A DNA stretch of 64,000 nt, taken from NCBI GenBank assembly GCA_012295275.1, contig CM022679.1, forward strand, positions 14,880,001 through 14,944,000. Direction: 5' to 3'. The stretch comes from Chrysomallon squamiferum. Its lineage: Eukaryota; Animalia; Mollusca. Shown here one piece after another: positions 1 to 14,229 of this stretch (positions are counted from its first letter, which is position 1; the number at the start of each line of letters is the position of its first letter). The notes under the pieces are model-generated. The model did not search any database. It saw only the letters and a program-made list of their open reading frames with translations, and was not told the DNA's origin. Both the position numbers and the translations under genes were made by a program.

Positions 1-1000
<1,000 letters not shown>

Positions 1001-1071
1001 TTTCATTAATAAAGTCGAACAATCCATACAGTTCAGTTCAAAATCTTGTGAAGATCGGTAAATGTTCAAAT

Positions 1072-3657
1072 TTACAAACTGACGTCAGCATTAACAAGAA
1101 GTGGAAAAGTTTCCAGCAGCCAGTCCACTGCAGCTTTGTCGTCTGCTTCGTCTGGTGGAGTTTTTCCTGTTTTGAAATTGTTCAGTTCAGTGACTTCGTG
1201 AGTCTCTCCTGATTTCAAGCATACAATCATCATTTTCTCATTCTTCGTAGCAGTTGCTATTGCCAAATCAATCACCTGTTTCCAGTGTGTGTTTGGAGGG
1301 TCGGAATTAACAACTAGAACAATGCATCGAATAAGAGGCATCAGCCGTTTGTAAAAATAGATATCATCCATTCCTTCAAACGAAAGTTCATCATTCCTCG
1401 TGACTTCAAGACCTGTGTAGTGTTTAAGAATCTCCTGAATCTTCTTTGACATCTCAGATTTTTTACAGTCGTCTTTGTCATGCAGAATCATGATATCAGC
1501 GCCATTTATTTCACGTTCTTTGTTCGTTTTGTAATAGAACGCAAAAATCCTTCTGAAACAAGACGTAGCTTTGCTCGGTGACGCGCCTCTTGATAAGATC
1601 TGCTGTGCTGTTTTCAAGTAAACTCTACTGACGAGAGAAGAAGGAACGTGATCAGCTTGTTGCGTACCCATCAGCAGACTTACACACAGTCTGGCATTTT
1701 CGTATTTTTGTTGGTTGAGATATTCCTCTGTAATTGCAATCCAGTTTTGTGATCCCAGATTTCGGTTCTGAATCTTCTCATAAATCGGAAGAGAAGGGGC
1801 GAATTCACTGATCATACAGTAAACTTCTTTAACTTGCCACGGTATATCTACTCCACGTGGACCTTTCGTTTGCTTCAGCAAATCAGTTACTGTTCTGAAA
1901 TGAGTGCGATATTTGTACAGCACCTCGATCGCAGAAACTTCTATAGCAAGAATTTTATAGTTTATTTCTTCTTTCCTCAGCCGAGCCTGTTCATCTGGAG
2001 AAAGTAATGGACTTTTTCCTTTTTCAAAAGAGATAACACCCATTGTCTTCAAAGCAGCAACTTCCTTGAACGGACTGGTATCAACTTCTTCTCTTTCTAT
2101 TATATCCGTTAGAACCTCTTCAGCGTCTTCGTAACATTTTCTGCTCATGTAAGCAGAAGCCAAGTCAAGTATAGCACTATAATTTTCGCCGTGTGTTATA
2201 TCAACGGACTGTTTTAGATACTTAATCGCACGCTGAAATGTTCTCGGGTTGCTTTCATTTTTCGCTTTTCTCAGCAGAACTTTTCCCAGGTATTGAAGAG
2301 CATATCCTGTCGGCCGAAGCCTCACTGACTCTTCTAACAATCTCTCAGCGTCATGCAGTTGCCTTCTTTTTAGGAAATGCTTACCGCAGCTTGCAAGTAC
2401 AAAAGGGTCCTGCTTATCTAAATCAACAGCTCTCTGGAAATATTCCTCGCACGAAAGCAGCGTTGTTTGTTGCTTAAACCTTTCTACCACAATTTCATCA
2501 TCAAATGGTGTGTTTTTTAATTCAAACCGAGTCGCGAATTCCCCGAGCTCAGCAAACGCCATCGCATTAAACGGTTTTAATCCCTTACTGCCGACTTCTT
2601 CTAGCACTTTACAGCATCTAACAGCGTATTCAACGATATCGATATCAGTATTAAACGAGTAGCTTTGAATGGACATAGTTCGTCTAAGTGTTAGACCCTC
2701 TCCAAATTTCCATTCGTATTCTTCTGGATATTTCTCGTTTACTTTTCTGTACAGCTCCACAGACTTTAGATAAGAAGCTGGTGAAATCCGAGCGTAGCAA
2801 TAAGCAAGTTCAGCTTCAGCCACAGTATGCATTCTCTCGCGGTCTCCCTTCAGATTTTCCAGTTCGATTAATTCTGACTCAGCTACAGCACGCATTTTTT
2901 CAACGTCTCCCTTCAGGTTTTCCAGTTCAATTAATTCCGATTGAGACGAACGCTTATCGTGTTTTAACAGAAAACGCACACGGTTTGCACGAGCAACAAT
3001 GTTAGTAGGGTCACGACGACGGACTTCTAAATTTGTCTCGATTGCCTTGTCTTGATCTCCTAGCAAAAACTGCATGAAGGAAATAAAATTGACGTCTCGA
3101 TTTCTTTCCATCAAACTCTGTTTCTCTTCTTCCGGTTCTCGTTGTAACTTTAAAAGTATTTTTTCTCTACGTTGTTTAGTGCAGAGCATGAGATCTGTGA
3201 GATGAAAGGAGTGAGGAAAGGATTCCAGTCTATTTTCCAAGGAAATGTCCTCATCCGTAGCTGAAAAATAAAATCTATATAATTGCAGATTTCTGAAAGA
3301 ATAACTTCGGGGGAAAATTGCCTTTCCAAAGATAAGATGTTCGAAATTGTTTTCTTTTAAAATTGCAGATTCGTAATCACATAATGCTTCATTTACTGAA
3401 TGTCTCTGTCTCCATCTTAATTGTATAAATATGTGTGTGTCTGCTTATATCTGTGTTTTTATTCAGATGTCTGAATATAAATGCCTGTGAGAGAGAATAA
3501 GGTGTTTATAAAAAAAAGTAGAAGAGTTTCGCCTGAAGCAGTAAAGCAACAAAATACAATTTTTTCATTATCATTCTAACTAGTACTTCTCACCAATTTT
3601 TATCCTTGCAAAATCCGCTTCTAATGACATTGTGCTGTACTGTTTCTTCGCAGCCAT
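1072..3657 (-). CDS. TTC22-like / IFIT-related TPR-repeat protein with C-terminal TIR-like domain (~750 aa)
   Basis: Coding exons 3594-3657 (ATG at 3657, MAAKKQYSTMSLEADFARIKI, donor G|gtgag) and 1072-3260 (acceptor ttttcag|CT, phase 1, in frame with the 722-aa ORF); 2253 nt in total. TPR-like helices (AELAYCY, EEYFQRAVDLD, ALQYLGKVL, AILDLASAY) and an N-terminal 'PHSFHL' resembling TTC22. The C-terminal 'DIMILHDKDD...CIVLVV...MIVCL' has an alternating beta/alpha TIR-like pattern. Family assigned from memory, not by search. Confidence 0.8.
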
Positions 3658-4159
3658 TATCCTGAAAGAAATTTATACAATAGTTTATTAATTTCTTTTT
3701 TTCATTGTAATGAATATCATACATTTATGTCTATGTTCCGGTCACAGAATAATCAACTAAATTGCATGCATCTCGATTTTAAAATTAATGAACCAAAATA
3801 AAATAATTTTTAAAAAATAAATATAAATAATAACAATAAAAAGAAAGAAAGGAAACAAAAATGGAAGAAAAAATAAAAATTTGCTCACCCTTAAATCAAT
3901 ACTAACTTTATTAGGCTATCAAAATCTTACTAGTTCCACAAAAGATTACCTTGGATTTATGAGTAGTTTCCTTTTTGTGTATTTGTATATTACTGTTCGT
4001 TCTAGTTATAGCACTTATATAATTAGTAAACTATTTGTGAATTATAGTTATGGTTTTAAAGGACATGAAGGCGTACAATCTGAATAACAAAAGCTTAAAT
4101 GAAAGTTGACACTTTTTCGCTGGATGTTCTTTACATACACGACTGTTTTCGTCTTTCCT

Positions 4160-5135
4160 TTTTAAATGCCACGAATCCGTTCAGTAAGAGGAGATAATAC
4201 AGAAATCTTTAATTGTAAGTTGATGTAGTGTGTAGGTTTAAATGTTAAAGAAAATATTCTTATTTAGAAATCGAGATCAAACTGATCATGGAGGTTTATT
4301 ATTATTATTATTATTGTTGTTGTTGTTGTTCTTCTTCTTCTTTATTTTCTGTTTCTTGTTCCACTCTTTTAATCTGCAGAAGCAATTCGTGAGCGAGATG
4401 TATATTTTAATGCAAACTTAAATTTTATTTTCTATCAAATTTATCTATTTACTGAACGTGATAAACAAAACTGAAACCATGCATTACTATTTTTCGTGGA
4501 ATTGGAAAAATGAGGAAAACATTCGGTTACTGAATTTATTTGGCTTGTGTGGCTAGATTCTGCATTAATGAACGTAGACGGAAATGTGAAATCAAATACA
4601 TATTTCAATGCGAATTTTATTTATTTATTTTTTGCGTAATTTTCTCAAACATGATCAAACAAAATGAAAGCAAATTCGACTAATTTTCGTGGAACGATAA
4701 GCTAAATATCTGGATCGGTGTTGAATTGAAATACAACCTAACCAATACTTAACACATATTTCTACTTTATATCTAATAACATTAACGTTCCCGAGAGTTT
4801 TAATTAGTATTTACTTTTCTCACGCTACATGAGATAAATGTGTGACTGCTGTCAGCCGATATATAAACACACACAGAAACTGCTATGTGAAATTAGGTAA
4901 TTGAGATAGGTCACCGCAACATACCAGGAAGATGTTAACAATATAGAATAAACTTTTTATAGTATTTTATTTTATCTGAAATGAATAAACTGTTAGTTGA
5001 AAGTGGAGCATATAAACGTAACACAAAAATTAAATCAAACTTACATGTCCTCGCTGGTATCACTAATTATGAAACGAACCGTAAGTTTATAAAAACACCA
5101 TTTTTCTATTTTCCTTTTTAAATTCCACGAATCGG
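4160..5135 (-). promoter_or_regulatory. Cluster of STAT/GAS (TTCN3GAA) and IRF-like sites upstream of the TPR gene CDS
   Basis: TTCGTGGAA at 4493-4501 and 4686-4694, TTCCACGAA at 5123-5131, one-mismatch TGCCACGAA at 4167-4175; ISRE-like AAAACTGAAACC at 4467-4478. Confidence 0.45.
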
Positions 5136-5182
5136 GTGAGTAAGAGGAGATAATTACTGTATTCTCTACATAAGACATATTT

Positions 5183-6660
5183 TAATAACATTACTAATAG
5201 TGTTATTATTTTTACATCTTTACTTAATAACATTACTAATAGTTTTATTGTTTTTTACTTCTTTACTTAATAACATTACTAATATGTAAGTATTTTTACT
5301 TCTTTACTTAATAACATTACTAATAGTGTTATTATTTTTACATCTTTACCTAATAACATTACTAATACTTGTTATTATTTTTACATCTTTACTTAATAAC
5401 ATTACTAATGGTGTTATTATTTTTACATCTTTACTCAATAACATTAATAATAGTTTTACTATTTTTACATCTTTGCTCAATAGCATTACTAATAGTGTTA
5501 CTATTTTTACATCTTTACTTAATAACAATACCAATAATGTGGTTATTTTTATATCTTCACTTACTTATAGTTTTATACTAACATTACTAATAGTGTTGTT
5601 ATTTTTATATCTTCACTTACTTATAGTTTTATACTAACTTACTAATAGAGTTGTTGCTTTTATGCCTTCACTTACTTATAGTTTTATACTAAGATTACTA
5701 ATGTGGTTGTTTTTATATCTTCACTTACTTATAGTTTTATACTAACATTACTAATGTCGTTGTTTTTATATCTTCACTTATAATTTTATACTAACTTACT
5801 AATAGTGTTGTTGTTTTTATATCTTCACTTATAGATTTATTCTAACATTACCAATAGTGTTGTTGTTTTTATATCTTCACTTATAGTTTTATACTAACAT
5901 TACAAATGTGGCTGTTTTCATATGTTCACTTACTTATAGTTTTATACTAACATTACTAATGTGATTGACTTTATATCTTCAGTTACTTATAGTTTTATAC
6001 TAGCATTACTAACAGTGTTGTTGTTTTTATATCTTCACTTACTTGTAGTTGTATACTAACATTACTAATAGTGTTGCTGTTTTTATATCTTCACTTATAG
6101 ATTTATACTAACATTACTAACAGTGTTGTTGTTTTTATATCTTCACTTACTTGTAGTTGTATACTAACATTACTAATAGTGTTGCTGTTTTTATATCTTC
6201 ACTTACTTATAGTTTTATACTAACATTACTAATAGTGTTGTTGTTTTTTTAACTTTACTAATAGTTTTATACTAACATTACTAATAGTGTTGTTGTTTTT
6301 ATATCTTCACTTATAGTTTTATACTAACATTACTAATAGTGTTGTTGTTTTTATATCTTCACTTATAGTTTTATAGTAACAGTACTAATAGTGTTGTTGT
6401 TTTTTATATCTTCACTTACATATAGTTTTATACTAACAGTACTCATAGTGTTGTTGTTTGTATATCTTCAGTTATTTATAGTTTTTTACTAGTATTACTA
6501 ATAGTGTTGTTTTAATATCTTCACTTATTTATCGTTTTTTATTAGCATTACTAATAGTGTTGTTGTTTTTATATCTTCACTAGCTTATAGTTTTACACTA
6601 ACATTACTAATAGTGTTGTCATTTGTATATCTTTACTTGTAGTTTATACTAACATTACTA
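5183..6660. repeat. Minisatellite, 42-bp units switching to 52-56-bp units
   Basis: Core taacattactaatagtgtt(a/g)tt... repeated throughout; the 14-aa periodicity of the spurious ORFs confirms the 42-bp period in the first ~370 bp. Confidence 0.95.
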
Positions 6661-7545
6661 ATTATTATTGTTATTTTTATGATCTTGTTTCAATAAATTA
6701 TAACTGCTGTTATTATCGTTATTGTTATTATTATTATTATTGTTATTATTATCGTTATTCCTATTATCATTATTATATATAATATTACAATTATTATTGT
6801 TATTATTGGTTATTACTGCTGTTATTATTATTACTATTACTACTACTACCACTGCTATTACTACTACAATCGCTACTATTACGGTTATTATGGTTAAAAC
6901 ATATATTTACGTGCAAAACAGAAAGAACCTAAATAATATTAGAATGGGTCAGATTAACAAATACTAAATTTATATTGTATTTTTTCAGCATTTTTTCTCA
7001 ATGAAGACGTCAAATAATCTACACAGTCAAAATCTGAAAATTAGAACAAATGTGTTGTCCCTGTTTACCTAATCATACTTTAATAATTATATAAAGTGGC
7101 ATACATTTCCTTTTTAAATATACTGCTGAAATATAATAAATCTTTATTTGTTATGTTTTCTATTTCTACATTTATTTTTTATGTGTTTTTTTTATGGATT
7201 CATTTATTCACATTAAACAAAAGGTTATAATCTTAAATGATACTTAATTAATCTATTTATTTATTTATTTTGTTATTATTATTATTATTATTAATATTGT
7301 TGTTGTTATTGTTGTTAGTCTTATTATTATTATTATTATTATTAAAGTTCACTTGGTTGTTTCTTTGTCAGAATTAATTTATAAATTTAAAAACAAAATT
7401 GAATTAATTTACTAATTTACTTTTATGTTATTTATTTGTATGTTTATAAGTGAATATTTAGGTGTATATGTACAATTATGTTTGTGTGTGTCTATATATA
7501 TGTATGTATCTGTGTCTATCTATCTATCTATCTATCTATCTAATC

Positions 7546-7580
<35 letters not shown>

Positions 7581-7666
7581 ATTTGCCCATGCATGCATGT
7601 ATATATGTATGTATGTATGTATGTATGTGTTTATTATTTGTTTATTTGTGTGTGTGTATTTGACAG

Positions 7667-7802
7667 AGATGATGTGAACAAGGCGTACAGGAGACTTGCT
7701 GTGTTGTTACATCCAGACAAGAGTGTGGCGCCAGGCAGTGAGGAGGCGTTTAAACTGCTCGTGTCCGCACGTACAGCTCTGCTCAAACGATGTCAGACAT
7801 AA
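7667..7802 (+). CDS. DNAJC27: Terminal coding exon of DNAJC27 (RBJ, Rab-and-J-domain protein)
   Basis: Acceptor tgacag|A; (R)DDVNKAYRRLAVLLHPDKSVAPGSEEAFKLLVSARTALLKRCQT* contains the HPD motif and closely matches the vertebrate DNAJC27 C-terminus as I recall it (DEVNKAYRKLAVLLHPDKCVAPGSEDAFKAVVNARTALLK). Upstream exons not seen in the window. Confidence 0.88.
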
Positions 7803-9409
7803 ACTCAGCGACTCACTTTAAATCTCATCTGACTGACAGATGTCTGGATCCGCCCACATACTGGAAAGTGATTGGTTGTTTCTGTCACCACGTATCAGTG
7901 ACTTGATATTCAGGGGAGTAATAATTATTAATATTTATTTCATAAATTTGTTGATTGTCTGCGTGTTGTGTGAAACAGACTCCACACACATTTTACATTA
8001 TAATATGTGTCTGTCTGGCTGTGTACATGTGCGACTCAAAATGTAAAGTCAAATGTCTTAACGATGTTATTGGCCAGATAAAAATAATTATTGATATTTG
8101 TAACATAAATGACTGATTTTACAAGCTGATCAGTTCATTTTACTTTTCATGTCCTTCACAATCCGTCCTGTAATTATTATTAATATACACAAACATAGTG
8201 ACATCTTGACTATTTAATTGGACAAATTCTGGTTCTTACAGCCTATTACACAATCTTAACGATATATATTATTATTATTTTTTTTTTTTTTTTTGACCCT
8301 TTGACTGGTCATTCTGCACAATTATTACATTGTATTGTACAAGTGTAAAGAATGCTTGACCATTGTTGTGGTCAGAATATTCCTTATGATAATAATTATA
8401 TGTTTACAATCTTGTTTTCTAATTTGAGTCTTCACTTACGTTTCTTTTTCTTGTTTGTTTTTACTCTTATTTTATCTCAGTATTACTGCACATTCTACAA
8501 ATCATTCATTAAATTTTATTAATTTTTTACACAGACATTGTGATAGAGGCCAGATGAAAATAGAAGATGACATGTATCAAAATGTTACAGTTTACAAAGT
8601 TAAAGTTGTTGTGTTTGAAAATTAAAGGTGACTTCATAGTCAGAATATTTGTGTTTAAATAATGTAATATAAAAGCTGTTCAGAAATGTTTTTGTTTAGT
8701 TGGTGTTGATATTTTGTTTTAATTTTGTTATTAATGCAGGTTTAACTGTTTATACGTTTGAGTATTTTTTCGATATAATAAAAGTACATAGTTAAACGTT
8801 TCCTTAATGTGTTATTTATTTATTTATTTATTTATTTATTATTATTATTATTATAACAGCAATGAGATTGTTGTGTCTGTCTGTGTGTGTACGTGTGTAT
8901 ACACACACACACATATATATTTGTTATATATATTTACAATATTTAGTTCAAATAAAGTATTTATTTGTATTTTAAATTCATAACACATTTTAAGTAAATT
9001 ATTTAATGTTTTTCCAAAACATCTCTCTCAGTCTTGTTACAAATAAAAAATATATAAAGAAAATTAAAAAGAAATTCATAAAAACTGAAAATCATCTTAA
9101 ATTCATGATAATGTTATGTCAAAATTAGACATTTGCCCTAATGAATTTATTACTGTATGATGTCATATAAACCAGAGTATATTATCATGAATTCATTTGT
9201 TATATGCCATTATTGTTTTTATCTCTTTTTTTTCAATTCTTTTTAAATTCATAGTAATCTTGTTAAGTAAACAAAGAGTGCATTATAAACATATTTAAAA
9301 CAGAAGTAAAGTAAATATTGTTACGATTTACTTAATCACAGACGACGATATAAATCCCACAACAGAGCAGCTAGGAATTTCATTCATCGCATTGATTTGA
9401 ATTAATAAA

Positions 9410-9530
9410 CCGTAATCCTAGGGCTAACTCTAGCCCGAACCGTTGTCCTTGTCCTAGCCCTTGCCCTAACTTTAATCGTAACCCTTACTGTAACCATAAC
9501 ACTAACCCAAACCATAACCCTAATAGTTAT
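9410..9530 (+). repeat. Degenerate interstitial telomere-like (CCCTAA)n
   Basis: gccctaac, taaccctt, taaccataac, actaaccc, taaccctaa in roughly 6-bp register; further remnants near 9700-9750. Confidence 0.55.
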
Positions 9531-12439
9531 CTTAATACAACTTGTTTTAAAATTTTATCCTAACACTCACTGTTAACTTTCAAATTTTTTATCCAAAGTC
9601 CTAACACTCATCTTCGACTTTCCAAATTTCATTTTTTTTAAATAAAAACATTTTTTGTTTTCATTTTTATCCTATTTCATATCAACACATTTAAATCTTA
9701 CCCTAACACTAATACAAACCATAATTGTAACCTTAAACCTAATCTTAGCCATTACGTTATTTATTAAAATATGATAAATTAAGACTCTGTTAATATAAAT
9801 CATATTTTAAACATTATCCTAACACTTTTCAAACTTAATATTTTGAAATAAATCTTTTTTTAAAGACTTACCTTAAAACTCATTGTTAACGTTCTAAGTT
9901 ATAATTATTATTTTTTTTTTAAATAAAACTTTTACAATTTTATCCGAACTTTCTTCATAAAAAATGTTAAGTTTTAGACAAAAAATCTGTTGAGGTAAAC
10001 AGATGTTTAACACTAATGTTCACCCTACCCGTACCCTGGCCATCACATTATTTATAAAAATAGTGGTGAGGAAACACTCGTGTCTGATGTGTAACTGCCC
10101 TCAGTGTCGCCCACTTTTGTCCTAACCGATGTTTCTGAGGTCACCACACTTAAGTGGATTAAATGTGTGTAAAATTAATTAAAGAATTTTATTTCACCAT
10201 TCATTTTATTTGTACCAAGACAGGTAAACATAATCAGTGAAGTAGTTGCTATAATCACAAACATTTACCTCTCCTAAAAGGAATACTTAATCCGTGTTAA
10301 ATTTGATTTGATAAATGTCCTCAACAACGACAACAACAGCAACAACAACAACAACAATAATGATAATAAATAAATAAATAAGTAAAACAAAAATACAAAC
10401 AAAACAGTGCTAAATTGTCTAGATATTTAAACAGATCAAGAGTGATACTTGTGTTAACTTTATTGTAATGTTTACCTGGAAAAATGTTGAGCAGCCTTAG
10501 TGACTAATAAAACAAGTGTTACAAAGACGTTACAGTAAACTGAGAATTTGAGTTGTGAAACAACACAATGTGAAAGTTGTTTTAAGAGTCAGATTATTTT
10601 TATCAAAGTATTCTCACATAACCATCTGTCCCATCTAACACCGAAAACAAAGGTGCTCACTGAAACATAACAAAAATTACATTTATGATATTCTACACCA
10701 ACCCTAGAGAACATACTCTGAATCATACTAAAGAACAGAAAGATGTCCAGGAAATATGGACAGGAAAACAAAAATAGATATGAATAATTTATTTATTACC
10801 CTGTATGATGAAATTATCATAATAAACTACGCCTCTGTTTTCTGATAACATTTCCACAATTTCCTTTAATGGATGAGTTCATTATTAGATTGGTTTGTAA
10901 AACTACGTCACTAGTGAATTCGTGCAATACATTATTCCATTGCAGTGTGTTTTTCTTGAACAATACAGGAAATTTACTTAATCTAATAGAGAAAACGAAA
11001 GTCATTACCACTTGTAAAATATATTTATTATGTTAACTGTCAGTGGATTTACAATACAGTCCATCTTAATAATAAATGTTATTTTAAAACATTAGCAGTT
11101 TAATGGACATTTACAATCGAGGGGTACTGTTATGGTTATCATCCTATTTGTTACAACAGTAACACAGACTGAGTGAACTGGTAATCAAATGCTCTTTATC
11201 TAGACTAATCTTCCCAGCTGTTACCCCAAACAGGTAAGGAAATAATTACGCAATTGTTCTCTACTAGAATTTATCAGAAGTCCAAAAAATAAAAAATAAT
11301 AATAATAATAAATAAATAAATAAATAATAAAAATGAAAAATAAATAAATAAACAAAGCAATTTAAAGCGGTCATACTGGAAAGTCACTAATCTCAACAAT
11401 ATTATTATTGTATTAAGTAATTTATTTTATTTTATTTTTTTTTTTATTCTTTATTATTATTGTATTTATAACTAAATAAATGAAAAAACACTTGGTCACC
11501 ACTGACTATTACACTAATATTATAAGAGTTGACTTAATAAATCATACCAACGATTGTGTAACAACTGAATCTGTAACAAATGTAACAACTGGATGTGTAA
11601 CAGTTGGATTTGTAACAAATGGGAGACACTCCATTATTTAAAGATACAGTTAATTATAAAACAGTAATCTGAAGTTTGATCTAAAGTTAGTTGATGCACA
11701 AAATAAAGGTAATAAACAATTTCTACCAAATTAAATAAGAAAAAAAATATGTAGTTAAAAATATATATTCACACACACACACATGTATATATAAAGAGAA
11801 AGAAATAATTGTACAGATTCCAAATTAACAATAACAATAACAGCAATAGTATATCTAAATATATTAAAGAAATAATTCTTCCTTTTCTTTTTCAGTGTAT
11901 AACGATAAAATAAGTGTATGAAAACATTAATTGTAAGTAACAGCCAAGTATTAATAAAGATATATATTTAAAATATATACTAAAAATATACAGAAACTGT
12001 CACATTTCATACATCGTTTATGTAACAATGGCATAACAAGCAAAGTTAAAACATTACACAATATATTTTTATTTTTATTTTGTGTAATTGTAAAAACAGA
12101 CAACAGTAAATTATAACAGAAATAAAACTGTTTTGATTCATTAGTAGTTAATCATAAAATAATAATAATATAATAATAATAATAATAATAATAAAGGAAC
12201 GAAAACAATATAAAATTACTTTTCTATACCACATCCTATTGAAAAAATTAGTTAAATAGCAAAACCATATTATGCATAGAATAATATCTTCAAGAATTAA
12301 AAGAAACATGAAGACAAACCAAAATAGTAAAAAAAAAAAAAAAAAAATAAAGAAAAAGTAATAATAATAACAACAACAACAATAATAACAATAATAATTC
12401 AATGAAATATAAAGTCCAATATATTCCTCAAAATAATTC

Positions 12440-12482
<43 letters not shown>

Positions 12483-12859
12483 CAATAATAATAATAATAA
12501 TAATAATAATGATAGTTCATCCCAATAACTAATTGATTCACAACGAAAACTTACATTTGCTTTACAAATTTTGTCATTCTCTATTTTCTAATGAAATTTA
12601 GCAAAATGCAAACATTACATCAACAAATCTCCTGATTAATGAGAAAAAAAAATGCAGATAACAAATCAAAGTAACAGTAAAAAGCAGACTAAATACATGT
12701 GTGTATGCATATATAACATTACATTTTACTTTAAAATTCAAATTTATTTATTAAAAACATGAGGAAAAAACATTTTATAAAAGAAAAATATACATATCTT
12801 ATATTTAAAATTATAATACTATAATACGAATATTTAGTACTAGTGAAGCATTTTATAAA

Positions 12860-13220
12860 ACAAAAATGTATATAAATTAAAAATGAATATAGCAGAATAA
12901 TCAGGATGAACATAGTAAAACATTCACTTAGTATTACAGAACAATTTTGTAAAGTCAAAAACAAAAAATAAATAAAAAAATAAAAAACTTTAACAACATT
13001 AATATACAACTTTACTTAGTATAAACGCAGTAAACATAGTAATTTTGTAAAATAAAAATGTATATAAAGTGAAAATGAAAATACCAGTTTACTCAGTATC
13101 AACATAGTAAAACATTAACTTAGTATTAAAGAACGATTTTATAAAGTGAAAAAACAAATAAAATCTTAGATATTAATATACAGCTTTACTTTAGTATAAA
13201 CACAGTAAACTATTTAGTAA
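12860..13220. repeat. Diverged ~190-bp tandem duplication
   Basis: aaaatgtatataaa...aacatagtaaaacatt(c/a)acttagtatta recurs at ~12863 and ~13053. Confidence 0.75.
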
Positions 13221-13574
13221 CACAGAACTTTTCTTATCAAAAAAAAAATACAAAACAACATATATCAAAAGTTTTGCACTTATCAGTAAAACATAATTTT
13301 AATTATAGTTTTCTTTCATAACATTTATCTTCACACTTGAGCAGTCTAATAGGAACCCATGTAATAATCAAGTTATCACAGTGGTCTCCCCCGAATTTGT
13401 GAAAGGGATGGCGGGAATCGAGGAAACTGGTGCAAGTTAAACGAAGAAATGGTACAGAAAATGTTCAATAATGTTTAAATTACATGTTTGTCAAAAATAC
13501 TCCTGTAAATAATTGCATCAAATGCATTACCTATTAAAAGTTTATTTTGATTGCAATTAAAAATCAAGAGAAAA

Positions 13575-14070
13575 TTTCATACAATATTTTTTCTTCCTGT
13601 TTACAAATACAATAGACAACAAAATATTTCAATAGAAACAAAAAAAAATGTACAACTGTAACAATATTTTAATAGACACAAAACACTACAATAGGTTTAT
13701 ATAAAATTTGTATAGAAACAAATACTATGCCTTATATTATGCAATATTTGAATAGGTAGAATAGATGATACAATATGGTAATACAATATGTGTACAGAAA
13801 CAAAACCTACACCACACACTAATACAATATTTGAATAGCCACAATAGACTCTTTACCATATGTTATTTGTATAACTACAATAAATTACACAATATGCTAA
13901 TACAATATTTGTATGGAAACAAAAAAATACACCAAACACTATATTTAGCAGACTGTACAGTAAGGGGTTATTCAATATTGGTACAGAAAAACAAAACAAA
14001 AACAACACCATATATTAATAGAATATTTCAATTAAAATCAACTTTGTACCAGAGAAATTACAACAAAATT
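13575..14070. repeat. Degenerate ~35-40-bp minisatellite
   Basis: Recurrent (t)acaatattt(g)...(t)agaaacaaaa motif. Confidence 0.7.
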
Positions 14071-14229
14071 TAGATTTCTTCCAAACAGCTTTTCTGTTTA
14101 TTATGAACATCAATTTCATACTAAAATATTATTTTTGCTTAATTTTAAAATATTCTCACTAGATAATCTTCCACTTAAAAGTGAGTCTGTGTAGGTTGAA
14201 AAGTTCAGGTTTTTTTATATCAAAATATA

